Source: an uncultured Gemmatimonadales bacterium
Lineage (GTDB): Bacteria; Gemmatimonadota; Gemmatimonadetes; Gemmatimonadales; GWC2-71-9
Length of the DNA stretch: 64,000 nt
NCBI GenBank assembly: GCA_963844035.1
Contig: CAWJMT010000005.1
Location: 96,001 to 160,000 of the forward strand
Direction: 5' to 3'
Shown: positions 56,324-64,000 of the stretch, piece by piece
Position numbering within the stretch: the stretch's first letter is position 1
How the letters are laid out: each line of letters begins with the position of its first letter
Position numbers and translations under genes: made by a program
Notes under the pieces: model-generated
The model's database searches: none
The model's input: the letters and a program-made list of their open reading frames with translations, nothing else
Told to the model about the DNA's origin: nothing

Positions 56324-57838
56324 GCCGCAGGATCCCACCGCGGTCGCGCCGGCGCCGTCGCGATACTGAGCCCCACGTAGAACACCAGCCGCACGATCCG
56401 CGCCTCTTTCTCCGCGTCGATCTTCGAGACTTCGTCCGACACCATGTGATAATCCGGGTGGGTGCCGCTGAAGAAGAACAGGATCGGAACCCCGCGGCGC
56501 GCGAAATTGAAGTGATCGGACCGCCCATAGAAGTTCTCGTTCCGGCCAGATGTCCCCGATCGTCGTGAGCCCCAGCTCGGGATGCGCGGCGGCGACCCGG
56601 TCGAGCGTGGTACCGAGGTCGGATTGTTCCTTGCCGATCGCCGCGATCGTGTCCTTCCAGTTGCGCCCGACCATGTCGGTATTCAGATCGGCCACCACCG
56701 CACTGAGCGGGACGGTGGGGTGGGTAGTGAAGTACTCGCTGCCCCACAGGCCCTTCTCTTCGCCGCTCACGGTCATGAACACGAGCGAGCGCGCCGGACG
56801 AGGGACCAGCAGCGAGAACGCCTCGGCATTCTCGAGCACGGCGGCGGTTCCCGAGGCGTCGTCGTCCGCCCCGTTGCAGATCGAGTCCGCACCCCGGGCC
56901 CGGCAGGAGCCCCCCGACGCGACGCCGAGATGATCCATGTGGGCGGTGAAGAACACGTACTCGCTTTTCAGCTTCGGATCGCTCCCCTCGAGAATCCCGA
57001 TCACATTGGGCGCCGACGAGGTTGACAGGACCCGCTCCCGAACGCGGAACGTCGCGCTGATCCCATTCAAGGGCTGCGCCTCGCGCGCCGTCTTACGCAG
57101 CGCCGCCGCATCGATGCCGAACACACGCGCGGCGGCCTGGTCCCGGATCTCCACGAGTCCGGGAGCGGCGGAGTCTTCCCGGGACGGCTGTCCCAATGCC
57201 ACCGTGGGCGGGTAGCGGCTGCGCACCCGCGCTTGCCACTCGGCATCCGACAGGTCGGAGATGACGATGAGCCCGACGGCCCCGGCCGCGAACGCCGCCT
57301 GCACCGCCGGCACGTCGATACGCAGCCCCGGCCCGGCGCCGCTCGAGAGCGCCGCGACCCACGCGCCCCGAGCATCGAGGCCCGCGAGTGGCTCGGAAGG
57401 GCTGTTGGCGCGGGTGGGCAGCAGAATCACCGGACCGGTCAGGTCCCGCGGCGGCAGGGGAGTGCCAAGCTGTAGCACGTTCACATCCTGTCCCGCGGCG
57501 AGCGTGACAGGGGGTGCTCCGGCGCGCGTCACCGTGAAAGAGGTTTGGGCGATGTCGATCTGCTTGCGCACGATCGTGTACCGCTGCAGGAAGGTCCCGT
57601 CGCCGGCGCCGGGCTTCAGGCCGAAACGGCGGAATTCGGCGGCGATCCAGCTCGCCACCTTCTCGAGCTCCGGGCTCGGCGTGTCCCGGCCGCGCGTGGA
57701 GTCATCGGCGAGGATGGCGATGCGCCGCCGGACATCGTCGGCCGTGATGGAGTTCACAGCACGCGCGAGCGTCGCGGGCGTCTGGGCCGCGCTGACGCAA
57801 GGGTAGAACAGGAACCACAACGCTCTGAGCCGGGACAT
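56293..57838 (-). CDS. Secreted M28-family peptidase (3' frameshifts)
   Basis: GRDTPS, TAHMDH, NGADDDASG, SGEEKGLWGS, NTDMVGR, RSDHF. Confidence 0.9.
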
Positions 57839-57921
57839 GGATTCCACGGTCGGGGGAGAGAAACGTAACGCGCCCGGCCGCGTGCGACTACGACCGGGCG
57901 CCCTGCTCACCCGCCAGGCGG

Positions 57922-59067
57922 CTACGACGGCTTGCGGCGCCGGAGCTCCGGTTCGCTGCGCTTGCCGCCGTCTCTCTGTCCGCCGCGCGACGGCTCCGCC
58001 CGCGGGGGTCGCCTCGGCTGCGCCCGCTCCGTTGACGGCGAGCGGCGCGTCGGCGCTGCACCGCTGCGCTCCGGACGCCGCGACGTGGCGGGCGGGCCCG
58101 AACGCTCTTGGTCCGCTCGGGCTCTGACCACGGCGCACCGTGCGGTCCGGCGGACCCGCGCGGTTGCGTGACGCGTCGCGCTCGCCGGGGTCTCGGCCCT
58201 CGGGAAAGCCGGGCAGCCGGCGTGGCGTGACCGCCCGGGGAGGCGGCACGGTGCCGGGACTGCCGATGTCGCGCCCCCGCACACCCACATCGCGGCGCCG
58301 ATCGTCGTTCACCGGGCGCTCGCGGAATCCGGGTGAAAAAGGCATCGGCCGCGCCACGGTCCCTGAAAATGAAGCGGGGCTCGAGACGCTGCGGCCTCCG
58401 GATGACGGCTCTCGTTCCCCCGTACCAGCGGTACGGGTAGTAGTAAGGATCGTCGAACACGACGACCCGGAACCGCACGCACGTGTAGTCGTACGGGTTC
58501 CAGGTCCGGAATCCGGCGTAGGCATGACAGTCGAAACAAAGGAAGCGCGGATAGTCGTAATGCCGCTGCACGTGATACGGGGCGATGTCGTAGTCCCAGT
58601 CCTGGCTGCCTTCCGGGACGATGCGCGCCGCGAGCTCGGTGAGTGCGGCGTAGGGGTCGCCACGGATCCGGCCGCCGTCAGCGACCAACTCGTAGTTCCA
58701 GCGCTGCTCGCTCTCGATCGGATCGTAGATGAACGGTTCGGCGGCGACGACCGCGAACAGGTATCCCAGCCCGGGGTAGGCGTCGGCACGAAAGCCCGAA
58801 AACCCCCAGGCATCCCGCACCTCGTAGACGCGCCCGCCGCGCGCGAGGTTGTCCTCCCACGGCTCGCGCGGGAACAGGACGCGCACGCGACCGTCCGTGT
58901 CGACCCGCAGCACGGTGACGTAGCCGTCCTGCTCGGTTTGGAACATGACCCGGACGGCCTCGCCCGATGGATACGGATCCTCGCCCCGATTGGTCCAGAC
59001 TGAGACTCTGTGGGGGATGTGGGGCCGCCATCGTGAGGGCGGTGAGTAGAGCGAGGTGTGTGAACAT
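57922..59067 (-). CDS. Secreted DUF4384-like protein with CxxCH motif and R/P-rich tail (frameshifted)
   Basis: MFTHLALLTAL signal; GEAVRV...DGYVTVLRVDTDGRVRVLFP; FLCFDCH; Tyr-rich segment. Confidence 0.72.
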
Positions 59068-59088
59068 GGGACGTCCCGTCCAAGAGAG

Positions 59089-59103
59089 GCAGGTCGCGTG
59101 CCA
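59089..59103 (-). promoter_or_regulatory. Sigma54-type -24/-12 promoter
   Basis: TGGCACG-CGAC-CTGC 22 nt upstream of ATG 59067; a second TGGCACG lies 29 nt further upstream. Confidence 0.45.
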
Positions 59104-59233
59104 CGTCTTGAGCGTCGCGCGCTGCGTGCCAACCTTCAATCCGGCAGTCAGTTAGACCTTTGACGGCAGCGGGCCTTGCACTCCCGTGTCCTCTACCGGC
59201 GACAAGCTGTCGGCCATTAGGTTCCCCCCTGGC

Positions 59234-60116
59234 ATGCCAGCTACGCGTATCGATCTGCTCGATCCTGCCGAAGTCGCCCTGCTCGGCGGAATCGAGATCG
59301 GGGCTTTGGGGGTGGTCGAAGGCTTCCTCGCGGGAATCCACCGCTCACCGTTTCGCGGCTTTTCGGCGGAGTTCACGGAACACCGGGCGTATCAGCCGGG
59401 CGACGAGCTCCGCTACCTCGACTGGAAGATTCTCGCGCGGTCCGATCGACTGTTCGTGAAGCAATTCCAGGAGGAAACCAATCTCCGCGCGGTCATCCTC
59501 CTCGATGCGAGCCGGTCGATGGCGTGGCGCGGCGCGCCCAATCGCCTCACCAAGCGCGCGTACGCTGATCGACTGGCGGCCGCGCTGGCGCTGATCCTCC
59601 TGCGGCAACGCGATGCGACGGGGCTCGTCACGTTCGATGAGGTCGTGCGCCAGGTGGTGCCCGCCGCGCGTTCGGACCGGGCACTGGGCCCGGCTGGTTC
59701 GAGCGCTGCTCGAGACGCCGGACGGGCAGGGGACCGCCGCCGAGACCGCCCTGCGTCAGGTCACGTCGCTGCTGGCACGCCGCGGTCTGGTCGTCCTCAT
59801 CTCCGACTTGCTCCTCGACCGCCAGCAGGCGTTGACGGCGCTGCGGTACCTGCGTCACCGCGGGCACCAGGTCGTTGTGGTTCACCTGATGGATCCGGCT
59901 GAGATGGAGCTGACCGGCCCGCCGGAGGTGCGATACCGCGATCCGGAAACCGCGGCGAGCGTGGTCGTGCGCCCCCGCGAGCTGGCCCGCGCCTACGCCG
60001 CGACCGTCGCGCGCGAGATCACGGCGTGGCGAACTGCCTGCCGCCGCCACGGGATCGCGTACCATCACGTCCTGTCCGACGTGCCGTTCGGCATGGCGTT
60101 GCGGCTGCTCGCGTGA
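59234..60116 (+). CDS. DUF58 (vWA-like) protein (frameshift near 59665)
   Basis: GIHRSPFRGFSAEFTEHRAYQPGDELRYLDWK, LDASRSM, LISDL. Confidence 0.9.
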
Positions 60117-61826
60117 CGTTCCTGAATCCCCTGGCATTGCTGGGACTCGTTGTCGCCGCGCTGCCGGCGCTGCTGCATCTGTTCGAGCGACGCACCCCGC
60201 CCGACGCCGAGTTTCCACCGCTGCGCTTTCTGACCGAAGCAGAGCGGCGGAGCGCGCGGCGGCTCGAGACTGCAGCACCTGCTTCTCCTTCTATTGCGCA
60301 CGGCGTTGCTCGGGCTTGTGGTGCTGGCGGCCGCCAGGCCGGTGGTGCCGGTCCGTGCGAGCGACGCGCACGAGCCCACCGCGCTGGTGGTCATCCTCGA
60401 CAACTCACTCTCGTCGGGGGTGGTCCAGGACGGCCGGCCGGCGTTCGAACGCCTGCGGGCGATCGCGCGGGGATCGGTCGCCGCGGCCGCCGCCGGGGAC
60501 CGGCTCTGGTTGCTCCTGGCCGACGGCGTCGCGCGGGAGGGCTCGAGGCCCGCCCTGCTCGCGAGCATTGACGAGGCCGCCGTGCTGCCGCGGCGCCTCG
60601 ACCTCGTGGAGGCGCTCCGCACCGCGACTCGCATCGTCGAGGGACAATCCTTAAAGGCGCGGGAGATCCACATCGTCAGCGATCTTCAGCGCAGCGCACT
60701 CGGGAGCGGTCGCGTGGCCGTCCCCGCGGGTGTGCGCGTGCTCGCGCTGGCGCCACTCGCGGTGCCGTCGCCCAATCGCGGACTCGGTCTGATTCGCGCC
60801 GACGATGGCGCGGTGTCGGTCCCGCTCGTCGGAACGCCGGGTGCGCGGCCCGGTGCGATCACGGTGCAGATGAGAGGAAAGGCGGTCGGGCGAGCAATCG
60901 CTGCTCCGCCGTCCGGCGTCTCAGTCCCCCTGCCGCCGCTCGGTCCCGGCTGGTGGGTGGGTGAGGCGATGCTCGAGCCTGACGAGCTCCGGGCGGACGA
61001 TCGCCGGCTGTTCGTTTGGCACAGTGCCCCTCCGGCACGCGTGACGACTGCTCCCGACGCCGGTCCGTTCGTCACCGCTGCAGTTGCCGTGCTGCGGGAT
61101 GCCAGGCGCGTGGCGGCCGGGAACGAGATCACGATTGGCGGTCGCCCGCAGGGTGGCGGCGGCGTCACCGTCGTGTTCCCGCCCGCCGATCGAGCGACGG
61201 TGGGTGAAGTGAATCGCGCGCTCTTGGCCAGGGGAGGCAGGTGGCAGTACGGTGCTCCAGGCACGCCGGGGCCGATTGCGGCGCCCGAGCTGGGCCGGGT
61301 CAGCGGTGCTCTCGTCTCGCAACGCCACCGTCTTGTAATCGGGACGGCGACCGGGGACCGCGAAACCGGACTCGACAGTGCGGTGGTGGCGACCGTGAAT
61401 GGAGAACCGTGGCTGGTGCGGGACGGTGGCGTCGTGTTGGTGGGGAGCCGGCTCGACACGGCGTGGACCGCACTCCCGCGCGTGGCGGAGTTCGTCCCGT
61501 TCATCGACGCGCTGATCAACCGGGTCGCGCGCGGTGCGCGCGCGGTGCGCGCAGCAGAGGGTGAGCCCCGCGTTGTGTTCGACATCCGGGGTGCCGACAC
61601 GGTGGGTGCCACCGTGTACGGCCCCGACCCCAGAGAATCGGACCTGACCCCGGCCGGGGACGATGTCGTGCGGGGCGCCCTCGGCGCTCAGCCGATCGCC
61701 GAGGCGCGCTTTGCCGCTGCGCGGTTCTCCGGAACCCGGCGCGCCGAAGCCACCAGCTGGTTCCTTGCACTCGCGCTGCTGGTGGCGCTCGTCGAGCTGG
61801 GACTCGCTACCCGCACGAGCGGATGA
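60113..61826 (+). CDS. BatA-domain / vWA membrane protein (frameshift near 60268)
   Basis: FLNPLALLG...LLHL...FPPLRFL, ARP, ILDNSLS, IVSDLQ, DPRESDL, C-terminal TM. Confidence 0.85.
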
Positions 61827-64000
61827 CGCTCGACTTCCTGCTCGACCGCTTCGACGAGTTGCCGGCTACGCGCGCCCTCGCCGAGCAGCTCCCCGCGCGA
61901 GGCGTTCGTCTCGCGATCGGCGGCCTTCCCGGATCGAGTCCCGTCGTACTCGCCGCGACCCTCGTCCGGCGGCTGCCTCAGCGCGTGCTCGTTGTCGTCA
62001 CGCCGACACCCACCGATGCGGAGCGGTGGCTGGCCGATGCCCAGGCGTTGCTCGGGCCGGTCGCGGCGCTGTATCCCCAACGGGAAGGATTGGGAGCGGA
62101 GGAGCCGCACCTCGAGATCGCGGGCGAGCGGATCGAGACCGTCGAAACCCTGTTGTCCGGGGCGGTGCGGGTGCTGGTGACGACCGCGCGCGCGAGCGCG
62201 GAGCGCACCGGCGTGCCCACGGCGCTGCGGTCGAAGCGCCTCGACCTGGTGGTGGGCCGGGTAACGGACGTTGGGGATGGGAACTCGCTGAGCGACGTCG
62301 TGCGCCGTCTGGGTGAGATGGGGTACGCGCGTGTGCCGACCGTGACCGAGGTGGGGCAGTTCAGCGTGCACGGCGGCATCATCGACGCATACGGTTTCGG
62401 CATGGCCGCTCCCGCCCGGCTGGAGTGGTGGGGCGATGAGATCGTGTCGCTGCGGAGCTTCGATCTTGATTCGCAGCGCTCGGGGGACGGCGTCGAGCGG
62501 GTCACGATTCTCCCGGTGAAGACCGAAGCCGCAGGGCGGGCGGGGTCACCGGGCGACGGCGCCGTGCGGTCGTCGCTGCTTCAGCTCCTGCCGCCCGACA
62601 CGCTGTTGCTCTTCGATGGAGAGTCGGCGATCGAGCGGGAGGTCGCGCGCGCGTGGGAGGAGGCGGCGCATCATCTCGAGGTGGCACGCCGGCTCGGAGA
62701 GGAGGCTCCCGGGCGTGAGGCGTTGTGGCTCGACCCGAAGGAGTGGCGGGCACAGGCTCACGGGTTTGGGCTGCTCGTGTTGGATGAGGGCGGGGCGACG
62801 GCGCGGTTCCCCATCTTGCCCCCGGACGCGGTAGATCGCGACCTCAAGCGCCTGCGGCAGGTGGTGGCGACCGACCCACCAACGGTGATCTTGTGCGACA
62901 ACAACGGCCAGCTCGAGCGGTTGGAGGAGCTCATCGGACCGGAGCGCGCGCGCCTCGCCGTGGGGGCGCTGGACGGCGGGTTCGTACTCCCCTCGCTCCG
63001 GCTCCTGACGGACCACGAGATCTTCCGGCGCGCGCGCCGGCTGCGCCGGCCGCGGCGCTACCGCACCGCCGCTTCACGCGCTGCCGCCAGGCCCCTGTCG
63101 GTGGGGGACTATGTGGTGCACCTCGAGCATGGCATTGGGATCTACCGCGGCCTCCAGACGATCGTGGTCGGGGAAGGGGAGCTCGAGGTGGCGGTCGTCG
63201 AGTACGAAGGGGGCGCGCGTCTCAATGTGCCGCTGTATCGACTCGACCAGCTCGAGCCCTATCGCGCGGCCGGGGACGGCGACGCGCCGCCCCCGCGCCT
63301 CCACCGTCTGGGGTCCACGACGTGGCAGCGCCAGCGAGACAAGACGCGCGCCGCCATCCGCGAGATGGCCACGGAGCTGCTCGATCTGTACGCGCGACGC
63401 GGACTCGCGGCCGGCTTTGCCTTCCTCCCCGACACACCCTGGCAGCGCGCGCTCGAGTCGGCGTTCCTGTACGAGGACACGCCGGACCAGCGGCGCGCCA
63501 CGGACGAGGTGAAGCGCGACATGGAGCGCGCCCGGCCGATGGACCGCCTGCTGGTCGGGGACGTCGGATACGGCAAGACCGAGGTGGCGGTGCGGGCCGC
63601 GTTCAAGGCGGTGCAGTCGGGCAAGCAAGTCGCCGTGCTGGTCCCGACGACCATCCTGGCCGAGCAGCATGGCCGCACGTTCCGGGAGCGGCTCGCGGAC
63701 TATCCCGGTCCGGATCGAAGTGTTGTCGCGTTTCCGCAGTCCCGCCGACACGCGCCGGACGCTGGCGCAGCTGGCCGGCGGCGAGGTCGACGTGATCATC
63801 GGGACGCATCGCCTGCTGTCGCGTGACGCCACGTTTCACGATCTCGGCCTGCTGATCGTGGACGAGGAGCACCGCTTCGGCGTGCGGCACAAGGAGCGCC
63901 TGAAGGCGCTGAAGCTCGCGGTCGACGTGCTGACGCTCACCGCGACGCCGATTCCCCGGACGCTGCACCTCTCGCTTGCCGGGTTGCGGGACCTCACGCT
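61823..64000 (+). CDS. mfd: Transcription-repair coupling factor (partial; frameshift near 63706)
   Basis: [52 protein letters not shown]. Confidence 0.96.

Noticed and set aside
56285..59341. 1018-aa ORF as one protein
   Set aside because: Chance read-through; only the part from ATG 57838 is the M28 peptidase, and the upstream part is off-frame DUF4384 sequence.

Overview
High-GC bacterial chromosome segment; gene content and style suggest Gemmatimonadota (inference). Many conserved genes (polX, holB, uvrA, pckA, mfd, several transporters) are split by single-base indels, most simply read as uncorrected long-read errors, so several calls are stitched across frames. From left to right: polX; an accessory block around tRNA-Lys (di-cupredoxin, two paralogous Zn-ribbon proteins, XRE regulator, fused MFS/spermidine synthase, CbbY-like HAD); ilvE, three small genes and two lytic transglycosylases; holB; a signalling cluster of three hybrid histidine kinases and two response regulators at tRNA-Asn; EamA, uvrA, an LPG-synthase-like membrane protein, a triple-FHA protein and PP2C; an HD hydrolase, pckA and a metalloprotease; a metal-uptake operon without an ATPase, headed by a His/CxxC leader ORF ending in a frameshift-masked RAPP motif (best candidate novel system); nfo, pcm; a 12.7-kb coupled operon from lepA through waaF, two sugar kinases, an HATPase/STAS pair, a trans-sulfuration enzyme and ftsEX-envC to an ABC exporter; a degenerate Rho paralog; M28 peptidase; a DUF4384-like CxxCH protein; DUF58/BatA; and the 5' part of mfd. 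Inverted short tandem repeats and two recurrent palindromic motifs are scattered through the window. No CRISPR, rRNA, integrase or transposase was seen.
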